The notes below the pieces were generated by a model. That model was not told the origin of the DNA, searched no databases, and saw only the letters and a program-made list of their open reading frames with translations. Below, one piece after another: positions 45,373-58,899 of a stretch of 64,000 nt of DNA (position 1 is its first letter; each line of letters starts with the position of its first letter). Position numbers and translations under genes: made by a program. Origin of the DNA: Eledone cirrhosa (Eukaryota); assembly GCA_964016885.1 (NCBI GenBank), contig OZ024741.1, positions 42,656,001 through 42,720,000 on the forward strand, read 5' to 3'.

Positions 45373-45608
45373 ACGCATATATATATATTATGTATACATG
45401 AACATGCGCGTGCACACAGATATACAGATATAATTGTTTCTTCTTTTGGCACAAGGCAAGCAAATATTGCAGTGCATTACTAATGCTTTGCTTTATCGAC
45501 CCCGTAAGGATGAAAGGCAAAGTTAACCTCTATATTCTATATGCATGTATAATATAGAGCCATTTGTTGGCAATTAATACTATATATATATACATACATA
45601 TATATATA

Positions 45609-46143
45609 TTACCAGCCTCTGCTCTTCTCTCTTCGTTGTAGCCCAGGTTTCTCTGCCATATAACATTGCAGGTAACACTGCGCTATTGAAGAGGTTGGCG
45701 CGGGTGGTCTTGTCCAATCTCCCCTTGAGCACATCCCTTATGCGATTGAACGCCTTCCATCCGGCCCTTACTCTCCGCGAGATCTGGTAACGGCTCAAAG
45801 AGCCATGGAGAGATCAATGCTAGGAATCTCGTTGAGAGAGCACATCAGGAACGATGTCATCAGACAGTAGTCCGGCGTGAGGGACGTCATAACGGAATTC
45901 AGATGGGCTGGACACGTCGCCCGGTTCACCGATAATCCGTGGACCCGCGAAATTGCCGAGTGGTACCCGCGCGAGCGGAAACGACCACTCGGAAAGCTTC
46001 CACGAGGGTGGAGTTACGATTTTAAGAATACGATTGGGAATACATGGATGATGAAAGCACGATCCAGAGAGGAATGGACGGCGTGCTGTGACCAGCGGCG
46101 CTGAATGGACGCCCGACAGACTGGTCGGTGAAGGTGATCAAGG

Positions 46144-46148
<5 letters not shown>
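45609..46148 (+). mobile_element. RTE LINE fragment with 5' inversion
   Basis: Minus 45609-45790 encodes ISRRVRAGWKAF..ETWATTKREEQRLV; plus 45784-46104 continues VTAQRAMERSMLGISL..RWAGHVAR; aaggtgatc terminal repeats. Confidence 0.85.
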
Positions 46149-46219
<71 letters not shown>

Positions 46220-46474
46220 CGCACACACACATATATATATACAGACACACACACATTAACTAGCAATGAATACATGTAAGTAATTACTCATGTAACGCGA
46301 AGACGACACCACGTCCACTCATTTTTGTGCAAAAGACCAAGTAAAACAAATTGGACAGAAACCGGAAAGATTAAACAAATTAACAATGATGACAAATATT
46401 TAAAATAGGAAAGTAGTTAATCGCTAGATCTGATCAAAGAGAAAACGTTTCTATTGCTGTTATTATCTGCCGCT

Positions 46475-46697
46475 CGGGGATTGGCCGTATCGATAGAGCG
46501 TTAGACACCATGCTTTGCAGTATAGAGCTATGGCCGTTTACGTTCTGAGCTGAAATCCGCCTAGGTTAGTTTTGTCTTTCATCCGTACGGGATCGATAAA
46601 TTAAAGCACCAGCAATGCACTGGGGTTGATTTAATTGACCCCCCCCCCCCCCCGCAAAAAAAGTTTCCTTAATCATAAATATAGTAGAAACAATTAT
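46475..46697 (+). mobile_element. tRNA-derived SINE
   Basis: Diverged dominant SINE copy. Confidence 0.7.
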
Positions 46698-46817
46698 CTG
46701 CTGTTTATGATTAAGGAAACTTATAATTGCTTTTCGTGGTCTTCTGCCCACTAGACAAGATATAAACAAATCCTTACCTCAATAAATGACAGTAAGTTAT
46801 ATTTAAAGTAGATATAG

Positions 46818-47045
46818 TAAATGCTTTCGTGGGTTTTATATCGAATAATAGGAATATTTGATTCGTTTACAAGCAAACAGCCTCATTACGGTGTGTGTTG
46901 TAGACAACGATCGTAATGAGGCTGTTTACAAGCAAACAGCCTCATTACAGTATGTGTTCTAGATAAGCGTTGTAATAAGGCTGTTTGGTTGCAAATAAAT
47001 CAAATATTATTATTTTTCGATATAAAACTCACAAAACGCATTTAC
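46818..47045. mobile_element. nested foldback insert
   Basis: aaacagcctcattac present twice forward and twice reversed, within outer inverted arms; related to the end of the 44548 foldback. Confidence 0.6.
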
Positions 47046-49251
47046 GTATCCGCTATGTTAGAACGAAACTAATTTTGTTTTTAGGTTTAGTAAACCTTCA
47101 GTTGAAGTTGCTGTTATAAAAATGTTTGAGCAGTAGCATGAACTATATTGACTTTTCTAGTTTGGTCAGATAATATACAGCTGAAATTTTCTATTCTTGT
47201 TTACAGGCAGAACTTCGTTTTTTTTCTTCCGTGTTTTGTTTTCACAAATACTTTATCGAGTGCAAAGTGTTAACGAGGTGTTAACAAAATCCGATTAAGT
47301 TGTTGCATGATCTACAATATTTTATAGATTCTGTTAGTTCAATTTGATTCTCTATGCCCAAAGCGCTGCTCCAGATTTTAATTTGACAACGTAAATTTCA
47401 ACAACAAATAAAAAAGGAGAAACGTAAAAGAAGCATTTTCCAAAGTTATTTTACAGAAGTTTAACAGCGACTACTAGATAATTTCAATGGTTTAGAATCC
47501 ATTTTGGTACGTAAGAGTTCCTTAAATCTAATGATTTCAAATATTTATAATACCTGACATATTTTGTTACGTAGAAATGCCTTAAACCTATTCTTTTCAA
47601 TGTCTGATAATGCCTTACCGGCGTAAGGTAATCATTTCACCAATAAGCGGGGTCCAAACAGGTACTACTGATCCGGGGCAGAGCAGACCTTGGAGTGATA
47701 ACAACTACGGGGTAACTCCATATTACCCACAGCTCCTGAACTCCGAAACTGGAGCCTTGCTATGGATGCGAATTGAGACATTGTCAGATACTTATACGAA
47801 AATTAAAGTTAAGGAATATACACTGGGTTGAATCTTCGAATACAACTTTTTTTTAGAATTAAAGTTTCTTTGTATAGATATTTTACTGAAGAAAATCCAT
47901 TCAAAGAGCTTTCTAATAAAAACTTAAAATTACTTTTTTCATCGCATTTAAATGCTAATGTATGAATACTTTTTAATACAGGGAATATTGTTTAATCAGA
48001 ATTGTGCAATCGGAAGTGTTAAAGAATTGAGAGAAATTTTATCTGCAAAATAAGGTTTACAGCGTGATGATAATGTATCTTTAGTTACAATTTACCAAAG
48101 GATATATCTTACAGACAATATAATAACAATAAATACCTATCTATATCCTGACACCAGAAGAAACAAAGTCGACAATTGGTTCCATGTTTTCTTGGGGTGA
48201 GGGGGATTGATTTAGAATGTTTTGATTTTATTTAAATATAAGGTATGTCAATTGATTTTATGTTTTTTGAAATCGATTTCAAATGGATTAGCAGAAATAT
48301 TTGCCACAGAACCAATATTTAATCCAGTATTTAATCTTGTTTTATCTTAGTACATTTTTGTGGTGCCTTGACTCTAATTTAATGCGTTTGCTCTTGAAAA
48401 GTAGGTATTACTGGTTGGTTGCGAACCAAACTTCTTACCCACGCGACTATATCGATGAAGCAGCATTCATTCCAAATAGACATTAACTATTAATTTCTGG
48501 ATGGTTTCATATTCATTCCATACCAGATCCTTCATTTCCAGTTTTGATTCAGTAGTATCAAGTGACGAATTAGTAGAGTCCTTGGAGTGTCGGATTGAAA
48601 CGTTTATGGTATTTGTTCAGAGGTTTAGTAATAAAGTACATAGACATTAGCAGTAGTGGATTGGTGGAATTGTCACAGAGTAAGAAAGAATGCTTTCGGA
48701 TATGTGAATTCCATCTTGTAACCAAACATCTTGTGGGTGTTGTGATCGATAGATAGAATCAATAATAGAAAGACGATTGGGAACAAATTTTCTTTGATTC
48801 GATCTGACGAACAGCTCCTTTTATCAAATCTCAATAAATGAAGCTTCCGTTTCCTTTCATCAATATGGCTAGATGTTTCTAATTTTAGCTGTCTTCCTTT
48901 TTCTTGTTATTCTTAGAACGTAATCGTTACAACGTCGGACATAATGTTCCAGTTATTTACGTTTTGGTTTCAAATCCCACCGTGGTCAACTTAAACTTTC
49001 ATCTCTATAGGGCCAATAAAATATAGCACCAGTCACACATTGGGGTTGATTTAGCAAATGTTTGGTTATGTGCTTAAATTAGAAATATTATAACCCTTAA
49101 GGTGATGGCGGTGGATTACCAGAATCATTATAGGATCGGTCAAAATGCTTTGCTGTATTAGATTATGTCCCTTTACGTTCAAATCCCGTTACATTCAACT
49201 TTGCCCTTTGATTGTTACAGGACCGATAAGTTAAAGTATTAGTCAAAGACA

Positions 49252-49449
49252 AGGGTCGGCTGGAATTTTCATAGAGTGAACAAAATACTCTCATAGAATA
49301 ACCAAATAAGTTTTATTTTTCAACCTAGTTCCTGGAAAGGAGCAATGCAGTTATTAATAAGAAGAGTTGAAATTACTGTACGCAAGATTACACAGCTTTT
49401 GCTTCGCTCCTTCATAGTCAGCCTATGAACTTTTCAACCGAACCTAGTA
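49252..49449. mobile_element. mariner-derived MITE
   Basis: TIRs agggtcggctggaattttcatag / ctatgaacttttcaaccgaacct, matching the TIR at 30820-30848. Confidence 0.6.
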
Positions 49450-50117
49450 CATATCTCGATTTACTGTTTCCCCGTCTCTCCAAATTCATGAACATGTGCC
49501 TAAAGCAGAAAACAGTATTATCATCATGATGACAGAATTGCAGACATGGACGCTTGCCGGTGAAAATACACCTTACAATATTTTGTTGTTTTGCTCCCTT
49601 GTTTTTGCTGAGACTATGGAAGTTCGTAGCTAAAGGCTGTCAAAGGTTCTTCATAAACATCCTGTACACAAACATACATGTGTATAACGCTATGATGGAG
49701 CACCAATAATATTTTTTTAGAATTTAAGTCTGGTCGGCTTCGTATGCAAATGAGCTTCATCAGCTCATATACGTAGGCGAGAAATCTACAAATTCCTACA
49801 ATTTCCTAGTTTATTTTTGTCTCAGCGGAAACTAGGTGGATATGCAGCCGTGTACCAGAAGAAGAAGAAAGAACAAACTAAGAAGATAAGAAATAGTAGA
49901 AGAAGAAAATGAAGAGGAAAAGAAGAAGAAGAAGAAGAAGAAGAAGAAGAAGAAGAAGAAGAAGAAGAAGAAATACAATGAATAAAATACACTAATTAAT
50001 TTATTTTTCAAGAACTATCCTTTCAAACGTTTCATCTACTTATGAAAAAAGAAGAAATAAGGCAAACATCGGAAACAAAATAAAAAAAGAGGGGAAAAAA
50101 GCAACAAAATAAATAAG

Positions 50118-50151
<34 letters not shown>

Positions 50152-50269
50152 TCATCGAAATATTTGGTTCCTTTCAACATACACTTACACACACAAATAT
50201 ATATATATACATGTATATATATATATGTATATACATGTATATACATGTATATATATGTATATATACATA

Positions 50270-50309
<40 letters not shown>

Positions 50310-50548
50310 AACATGTGTATAAAAATATATATATATATATATAGATATATATATATATATATATAAGAATATGCTCCGAAATCATTAGACGTGTCCGTCG
50401 AACCTGCGGGTCCAGAATCAGGCAGATCCACACAATGATCGTGTCTCGAGCTGTCCGCCGGCAAAAAAATTGTAACACAATAAATTGAGTTCAGATGCAT
50501 CACTGATTTTTCGTTTTCTATTCTATACACACACACATATATATATAT

Positions 50549-51320
50549 GGTCTGTTGGAAACGCAGTACATGGCAGCGATAATGAGGAACAGGGACCTCT
50601 GGAGAGAACTCGTCCATGGATCTCGGGAATTTTACCCGCCCTAGATAGATAGATACATATATATATATAAATATATATATGTTCCTCATTATCGCTGCCA
50701 TGTACTGCGTTTCCAACAGACCAGTGTCTGTCCTTAGGGCATCAAGATATGTTAACTTCGGTCTTCCTCTTCCAGTGTGTCCATGCAGGGTCTCCCACAG
50801 GAGCATGGAGTGCAGTGTCAACTCTGGATGTTGGTGAGCATGTCCAGCTAACCCCACTCTACTCTGTGTCGCTTTTGAGCTGACTTTTGGGAGGCTCCCG
50901 AACAGCTCTGAGTTCTTCATCCTAAGCATTCTCGTGTAGCACCCATCCACCATCTGAGTGAGTTTGTTGGTCAGTGTCCAAGTCTCAGACCCGTACAGCA
51001 GGACAGACTCCATTACAGCAACATTAGAGGCGGATCTTCAGTTCTTTACAAAGTTCCGACTTTCACACCGATCTCAGGCTGTGGCACGCTGCCCGGGCTT
51101 TGCTCTTCCTCTCGACCACATCATCTTCCGTATTCCCAATCTTTGCTCCCAAATACAGGAAGTCCTCAATCAATTCTAGCGGCTTCCTGCCTACATTACT
51201 AATCTTCTCTGGCTTCTTAATATTCTCAACTCGATATTTTGTCTTAATCTCATTCATTCTCAACCCCACACCCATCGACACAGTCTGCACCTCCTGCATC
51301 AAATACACTGCCTCCCCCAA
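50549..51320 (-). mobile_element. RTE LINE fragment with inverted 3' end
   Basis: Minus 50681-51320: [37 protein letters not shown]; the true 3' end with (TAGA)n sits on plus at 50549-50655. Confidence 0.8.
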
Positions 51321-51350
51321 AAAATATCGGATGGTGAATTTGCCGACGAC

Positions 51351-51390
<40 letters not shown>

Positions 51391-51435
51391 ATATGTATAT
51401 ATATACATACGTTTATATATATATAGATATATATA

Positions 51436-51617
51436 TGGGGAGAGTCATATTTGTGTAATATTGCCAGAATTAATAGCAGAACACACTCACTGTTTGGTTG
51501 GTTTTCGCTATTAATTCTGGCAATATTACACAAATATGACCCTCCCCAAGAATAACAATATTTGTTTCGACACACGATTTCATATAAAAAACCTCGCAAA
51601 ACTAATTTATCGCCGAT
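51436..51617 (+). mobile_element. foldback + tail of PLE sister family
   Basis: Inverted arms gtcatatttgtgtaatattgccagaattaatagc / gctattaattctggcaatattacacaaatatgac; terminus homologous to the main family; longer copy at 62231-62720. Confidence 0.75.
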
Positions 51618-51624
51618 ATATATC

Positions 51625-51653
<29 letters not shown>

Positions 51654-51659
<6 letters not shown>

Positions 51660-53367
51660 ATACTTTGGGAGGGTCAAGTTGCCAATAAGAAACACACGCA
51701 CCAGTTGCTTTCACTTCAATTTATTATATATTTATAAGTTTACAAATTTATAGATTTATAAATTTCTGGTTGGTTGGTTCCACAACCAGATAGTTGTTTA
51801 TATATAGTCATAGTCCTTTCGTCACACACTATGTGACCTCTTCAGTGACTGGGGATTCCTTTCTTTGTTTCTGTGCCTCTTCTTTGTTCTGTCCTACGCC
51901 ATTTTGTTTCTGTGTGTGTGTTATGTGCTCAGTTTGCGCATGCGCCACATCCGTTAGATACCATTAACAACCAAAAACAAATCCTCCATTCCCATTATGC
52001 CAAACCCATGACTTCCAAACATCTGATCCACCGAAACTCGGCCGTTTCGGACCATACCAAAATCAACATACTGATTGCGGATTTGGTACGTGTGATGAGA
52101 AATGTGTCCCGCATGTGCAACCCCGAAGAACTAGAGAGACACATACAACACTTCATCCACGGTATGCAGTTCTCTGGCTACAATCAGAGAGATAGAATCA
52201 GAGTGTATAGAGGAGCCAGAACCAAATGGGAAAAAATGGTAAATAATGACATAAATGGGACCTGCCCCATGTATAGGAGCAAACTTTGGAATAGAATAGA
52301 AAGAACTAGGAACAAGGCTAATAGAATAAACTCATGGTATGATAGCAATAAATACCAGAGTGTAATGTTCATCGATACAACCCCTAGAGGCGAACTAGCC
52401 TACAAATTTAGAAGGGCCCTAAATAAACATAAACTCAATATTAAGATAGTAGAAAGACCAGGTACCTCCGTAAAAACACTTATTAGCAAGACATACCCTT
52501 TTCAAAGAACCTCATGTATCGATAAGAAATGTATAACCTGTAAAATAAGCCCCCATATTAACTGTAAAACTAGAAATGTAGTGTATAGCATAATATGTAC
52601 TGAAGGACAATGTAGAAACAAAAATATAGTGTACATAGGTGAGACAGCTCGTAGTATAGGGGAACGGATAAATGAACACTGGCGAGACCTTCAAGATAAT
52701 AAAGAATCATCTGTACTCTACCAACATGCTAAGATAGAACACAAGGGTAAATTAGAGAACATAGAAATAAAAATAGAATCTACACACAGAAAAGATGCAA
52801 TGTTTAGACAAATTACAGAGGCAATAAACATAAAAGAATTACAACCAAAATTAAATAGAAAATATGAGTGGAACAGCAACATCACAACTTACAATTAAGG
52901 ACAAAATGAAAACACACACACACATAGAACAAACAACCAACCAATAACATGTAAATAAATAAATAAATAAATAAATAAACAAATAGATAAATGAACATAA
53001 ACACACACAGACACCCGGATGTGGCGCATGCGCAAACTGAGCACACAACACACACACAGAAACAAAATGGCGTAGGACAGAACAAAGGAGAGGCACAGAA
53101 ACAAAGAAAGGAATCCCCAGTCACTGAAGAGGTCACAGAGTGTGTGACGAAAGGACTATGACTATATATAAACAACTATCTGGTTGTGGAACCAACCAAC
53201 CAACCAGAAATTTATAAATTTGTAAATTTATAAATATATAATAAATTGAAGTGAAAGCATCTGGTGCGTGTGTTTATTATTGGCAACATGACCATCCCAA
53301 AGTATAACAATATCGGTTTCAACAAACGATTTCAGATAAAGAATCTTGCTAAACAAATTCAGAAACG

Positions 53368-53370
<3 letters not shown>
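51654..53370 (+). mobile_element. 5'-truncated PLE with inverted pLTR
   Basis: Inverted pLTR 51654-51953 joined to sense 3' ORF part, 3' UTR and tail; hammerheads at 51806-51850 (-) and 53119-53163 (+). Confidence 0.9.
51954..52898 (+). pseudogene. PLE RT thumb + GIY-YIG endonuclease, 5'-truncated
   Basis: Near-identical to the C-terminus of the 835-aa ORF (VVY..YIGET..ER..EH, ITEA..LN). Confidence 0.88.
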
Positions 53371-53436
<66 letters not shown>

Positions 53437-53444
53437 CATATGTG

Positions 53445-53481
<37 letters not shown>

Positions 53482-53484
53482 GTG

Positions 53485-53522
<38 letters not shown>

Positions 53523-53523
53523 C

Positions 53524-53597
<74 letters not shown>

Positions 53598-54158
53598 CGT
53601 TATAGGTAATCCAGTTAGAGGTAATCTGGCTAGAGTACTCCACGTGGTTTAAATAAAGCCCTTATTGTACAGCCAACCATGTTAGTCTTCTTCTTTCTTT
53701 AACTTATAAATATATATATATTTCGTTTTTGAATTTGTTTAGCAAGATTCTTTATCTGAAATCGTGTGTTGAAACCGATATTCTTGTAGTTTGGCAGGGT
53801 CATGTTGCCAATAATAAACACACGCACCAGATGCTTTCACTTCAATTTATTATAATAAATTTATAAATTTATAAATTTCTGGTTGGTTGGTTGGTTCCAC
53901 AACCAGATAGTTGTTTATATATTGTCATAGTTCTTTCGTCACACACTCTGTGACCTCTTCAGTGACTGGGAATTCTTTTCTTTGTTTTTGTGCTACTCCT
54001 TTGTTCTGTCCTACGCCATTTTGTTTCTGTGTGTGCTCAGTCTGCGCATGCGCCACATCCGGGTGTCTGTGTGTGTTTATGTTCATTTATTTATTTGTTT
54101 ATTTACATGTTACTGGTTGGTTGTTTGTTCTATGTGTGTGTGTGTTTTCATTTTGTCC

Positions 54159-56666
54159 TTAATTGTAAGTTGTGATGTTGCTGTTCCACTCATTTTTTCT
54201 ATTTAATTTTGGTTGTAATTCTTTTATGTTTATTGCCTCTGTGATTTGTCTAAACATTGCGTCTTTTCTGTGTGTAGATTCTATTTTTATTTCTATGTTC
54301 TCTAAGTTACCCTTGTGTTCTATTTTAGCATGTTGGTAGAGTACAGATGATTCTTTACTATCTTGAAGGTCTCGCCAGTGTGCATTTATCCGTTCCCCTA
54401 CACTACGAGCTGTCTCACCTATGTACACTATATTTTTGTCTCTACATTGTCCTTCAGTACATCTTATGCTATACACTACATTTCTAGTTTTACAGTTAAT
54501 ATGGGGGCTTATTTTACAGGTTATACATTTCTTATCTATACATGAGGGTCTTTGAAAAGGGTATGTCTTGCTAATAAGTGTTTTTACAGAGGTATCTGGT
54601 CTTTCTACTATCTTAATATTGAGTTTATGTTTATCTAGTGCCCTTCTGAATTTGTAAGCTAATTCACCTCTATGGGTTGTATCGATGAACATTACACTTT
54701 CGTATTTATTGCTATCATACCATGAGTTTATTCTATTAGCCTTACTCCTAGTTCTTTCCATTCTATTCCAAAATTTGCTCCTATACAAGGGGCAGGTCCC
54801 ATTTGTGTCATTATTTACCATTATTTCCCATTTGGTTCTGGCTCCTCTATACACTCTGATTTTATCTCTCTGATTGTAACCAGAGAACTGCATACGGTGG
54901 ATGAAGTGTTGTATGTGTCTCTCTAGTTCTTCGGGGTTGCACATGCGGGACACATTTCTCATCACCCGTACCAAATCCGCAATCAGTATGTTGATTTTGG
55001 TATGGTCAGAAACGGCCGAGTTTCGTTGGATCAGATGTTTGGAAGTCATGGGTTTGGCATAATGGGAATGGAGGATTTGTTTTTTGTTATTAATGGTATC
55101 TAACCAGAGCTCTGTGTCTAGTACAGGTAATCGATGGTTGGGGTGTTTACTTGGGTAGTCTATAGTAACTCTAATACTCTGGTGGATGGAGTTAGTTATT
55201 CGCTGGATGCTTTCCATTGTGTTTTTCTCTAGTTCCTGACTGTTCTCTAGTGGGGGTGTCTTAACTACGATGTTTATATCATCAACGTAACGGGAGTACA
55301 TTATCAGGTTTAAGGGGTCTTCTAATTGTTCTTTAAGTTTAAGTTTAAGTCTACTGTCCCACCATACCATGAATAAGTTAGCTATGTCGCCTGCAATGCT
55401 AACACCAATGGCTGCTCCTTCTTCTTGTGCATATGTTTTTCCATTAAATTTGAACATATGTTCCTTAAGGGTTACTTTTATGCTGGCCCCTACCGCATGT
55501 GCAATCATTTTCTTCAGTTCATCGTGGTTTTCGGGTGTCCGTATGGCTCTGGTCTTCCCGTTCCATCTATCTGTGTTGGTTTTCTTGGCCATTGAGGTAA
55601 TGGTAGGTGGTCTGCGTCTTGCTGGTCTTGTAGGGCACAGGTTGCTAAGTTCATATGTTTCTGGGTAATTATTACTATAGGTAAGTTTAAGTAGGAGTCC
55701 CAGCTCACTGGTATTAATCCCACGGAACTCAACATTGCTCTCACTGATCATTTCTACGCATTTCTCCACAGCAAAATCCACGTCAATAGATGGATACAGG
55801 GACACAACATCCATACTACCTATTATGCAGTTTGTTAGGTCCCTAGATCGGTTACTCTCGCCGATTCTTCTGAGGAGGTCCTCCGTGCTGTCACATACAT
55901 CTGGGGACATTTCAATGATGGGGCGTATGATCAGGGAGAGGAAGTAGGACAGTTCGTAGTTGCTAGCAATGTTAGCTCCACATACTGGCCGTGTTGGTGG
56001 TCCCGTGACTGGGTCACTGCCCGTTTTATGGTCTTTTCGAAGCCCATACAACGCCGGCACGTCATTGTTCCAGGCCTGGAAGTTGTTGGCAGTCCTTTTG
56101 TTGGGCTGCATTATATTCGTCCACAACACCATATGGGCATTGAGGGCTTTTTCTCTATCCTCATGCTCCTGTGGTGTTACCTCTCTTGTGTTAGTGATGT
56201 GGGGTTGCATTGCCTGGATGTAGTTTGGCAGGCTGTCAACCGACATTCTGCCAGACTTGTCTGTTGGAAAGCATGATATCTCTGCATTACGCGAGCGCTG
56301 CATGAGCTTACGCAAGCCATTTGCAGATTTTTCTCCCAGTTGCTGGGCCTCCATTCTATTATGCTTCTTGCTATACTGTTCTATAATATTTCTAAGTTCG
56401 GATCTAGCTATACTAAATTGTGCTTCTGTTTGTTCATCGACCTGCGACGGCAATTGCGTGCGTTTGTTAAATGGTAAAGTCGTGGCGTGGACTCGTCGCA
56501 GGTCGAACGATTTATCGGAGGGATTATAAAAAGTAGAGTTCCAGGCTGCTGCTTTATGTGTACTAGTGTTATTGTTATTGTTAGTAGTGTTATTTCTATT
56601 TCTATTTCCACCAACAGCCTCATGGTTGTTTCTATGTCTCTCATAATTACTCCTGTCTCTTTCCAC
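54159..56666 (-). CDS. PLE reverse transcriptase + GIY-YIG endonuclease
   Basis: PTDKSG, LYGLRKDHK, RPV, SMDVVSLYPSI, QEEGAAIG, RYVDD, LPVLD; Cx4CxxC linker; VVY..CxxxxC..YIGET..H..H endonuclease. Confidence 0.93.
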   Translation of the reverse strand: MERDRSNYERHRNNHEAVGGNRNRNNTTNNNNNTSTHKAAAWNSTFYNPSDKSFDLRRVHATTLPFNKRTQLPSQVDEQTEAQFSIARSELRNIIEQYSKKHNRMEAQQLGEKSANGLRKLMQRSRNAEISCFPTDKSGRMSVDSLPNYIQAMQPHITNTREVTPQEHEDREKALNAHMVLWTNIMQPNKRTANNFQAWNNDVPALYGLRKDHKTGSDPVTGPPTRPVCGANIASNYELSYFLSLIIRPIIEMSPDVCDSTEDLLRRIGESNRSRDLTNCIIGSMDVVSLYPSIDVDFAVEKCVEMISESNVEFRGINTSELGLLLKLTYSNNYPETYELSNLCPTRPARRRPPTITSMAKKTNTDRWNGKTRAIRTPENHDELKKMIAHAVGASIKVTLKEHMFKFNGKTYAQEEGAAIGVSIAGDIANLFMVWWDSRLKLKLKEQLEDPLNLIMYSRYVDDINIVVKTPPLENSQELEKNTMESIQRITNSIHQSIRVTIDYPSKHPNHRLPVLDTELWLDTINNKKQILHSHYAKPMTSKHLIQRNSAVSDHTKINILIADLVRVMRNVSRMCNPEELERHIQHFIHRMQFSGYNQRDKIRVYRGARTKWEIMVNNDTNGTCPLYRSKFWNRMERTRSKANRINSWYDSNKYESVMFIDTTHRGELAYKFRRALDKHKLNIKIVERPDTSVKTLISKTYPFQRPSCIDKKCITCKISPHINCKTRNVVYSIRCTEGQCRDKNIVYIGETARSVGERINAHWRDLQDSKESSVLYQHAKIEHKGNLENIEIKIESTHRKDAMFRQITEAINIKELQPKLNRKNEWNSNITTYN

Positions 56667-57350
56667 TAGCTCATTGTTGTTATCTACCCTATTCTATGTG
56701 TCTGTGTGTTCGTCTTGGTTATTTTCTTTGTCCTTAGTCTCCCTTCTCCTTTTAATCCTATTACTTTCTCTTATTTCTGTGATTTCTGTGCTACTGTCAT
56801 TACTTGATTTCTGTGTCTGTGTGTTTGTTAAGATTGTGGTGGTGGTGAGAGGCATTGAATGTGGGTGTGCTGTTGTTGTTGATGTGTGCTGTTGTTGATG
56901 TGTGTTGTTGTTGTCTCCGTGTGTGTTATTATTGTTGTGTGTGTTGTTATTGTTGTTTGTGTCTGCGTGTCTGTTGTTGTTGTTTCTGGGTATGTTATTA
57001 CTGTTGTTGTTGTTGTTGGTGGTGGTGTGTGTGTTGTTGTTATTGTTGTTTGTGTCTGTGTGTCTGTGTGTCTGTTGTTGTTGGGATGTGTGTTGTATAT
57101 GTGTGTGCGTATATTGTTACTTTTGTTTTTGTTTTTGTTTTTGAGGCTCCAACGTAGTTTTGTAAATGATTTTTCTATTTCTGACAGACAACTAATCATA
57201 TTTACCTTCTTGAATGTCGCAAATTTCGGTGGTAGAAGTAATACAGATAACTCATCGTCATCTATTACCGTGTTGCCGTATATATTTTTGTTGTTGTTGT
57301 TGTTGAACTCATCTGTTAATGAGGTGTCGACCATATTTATACCGTCGATA
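56667..57350 (-). pseudogene. upstream N-terminal part of the same PLE ORF
   Basis: LLLPPKF..EIEKSFTKLRW motif then a Thr/Asn-rich linker; separated from the main ORF by one frameshift and an in-frame TAG near 56688. Confidence 0.75.
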
Positions 57351-57352
57351 TA

Positions 57353-58370
57353 TATTAGAGTTACTATAGACTACCCAAGTAAACACCCCAACCATCGATT
57401 ACCTGTACTAGACACAGAGCTCTGGTTAGATACCATTAATAACAAAAAACAAATCCTCCATTCCCATTATGCCAAACCCATGACTTCCAAACATCTGATC
57501 CAACGAAACTCGGCCGTTTCTGACCATACCAAAATCAACATACTGATTGCGGATTTGGTACGGGTGATGAGAAATGTGTCCCGCATGTGCAACCCCGAAG
57601 AACTAGAGAGACACATACAACACTTCATCCACCGTATGCAGTTCTCTGGCTACAATCAGAGAGATAAAATCAGAGTGTATAGAGGAGCCAGAACCAAATG
57701 GGAAATAATGGTAAATAATGACATAAATGGGACCTGCCCCTTGTATAGGAGGAAATTTTGGAATAGAATAGAAAGAACTAGGAACAAGGCTAATAGAATA
57801 AACTCATGGTATGATAGCATTAAATACGAGAGTGTAATGTTCATCGATACAACCCCTAGAGGTGAATTAGCTTACAAATTTAGAAGGGCCCTAGATAAAC
57901 ATAAACTCAATATTAAGATAGTAGAAAGACCAGGTACCTCCGAAAAAACACTTATTAGCAAGACATACCCTTTTCAAAGACCCTCATGTATAGATAAGAA
58001 ATGTATAACCTGTAAAATAAGCCCCCATATTAACTGTAAAACTAGAAATGTAGTGTATAGCATAAGATGTACTGAAGGACAATGTAGAGACAAAAATATA
58101 GTGTACATAGGTGAGACAGCTCGTAGTGTAGGGGAACGGATAAATGAACACTGGCGAGACCTTCAAGATAGTAAAGAATCATCTGTACTCTACCAACATG
58201 CTAAAATAGAACACAAGGGTAAATTAGAGAACATAGAAATAAAAATAGAATCTACACACAGAAAAGACGCAATGTTTAGACAAATCATAGAGGCAATAAA
58301 CATAAAAGAATTACAACCAAAATTAAATAGAAAATATGAGTGGAACAGCAACATCACAACTTACAATTAA
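57353..58370 (+). pseudogene. inverted duplicate of PLE thumb + GIY-YIG
   Basis: IRVTIDYPSKH..NITTYN*, nearly identical to 54159-55176 reversed. Confidence 0.9.
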
Positions 58371-58704
58371 GGACAAAATGAAAACACACACACACATAGA
58401 ACAAACAACCAACCAATAACATGTAAATAAACAAATAAATAAATGAACATAAACACACACAGACACCCGCATGTGGCGCATACGCAGACTGAGCACACAC
58501 AGAAACAAAGAAAAGAATCCCCAGTCACTGAAGAGGTCACAGAGTGTGTGACGAAAGAACTATGACAATATATAAACAACTATCTGGTTGTGGAACCAAC
58601 CAACCAACCAGAAATTTATAAATTTATAAATTTATTATAATAAATTGAAGTGAAAGCAACTGGTGCGTGTGTTTCTTATTGGCAACATGACCCTCCCAAT
58701 GTAT

Positions 58705-58807
<103 letters not shown>

Positions 58808-58817
58808 GAGAGAGAAA

Positions 58818-58899
<82 letters not shown>

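Noticed and set aside
51873-51953. N-terminus of the 341-aa ORF
   Set aside because: Antisense pLTR sequence upstream of the inversion junction; not a real start
54159-57350. Naiad-type selenoprotein PLE
   Set aside because: Endonuclease is C-terminal and the interrupting stop is TAG, not in-frame TGA
56886-58370. 494-aa ORF with hydrophobic N-terminus, as a membrane-anchored GIY-YIG protein
   Set aside because: The N-terminal part is the antisense of the Thr-rich linker read through the inversion junction at ~57353; a chance fusion
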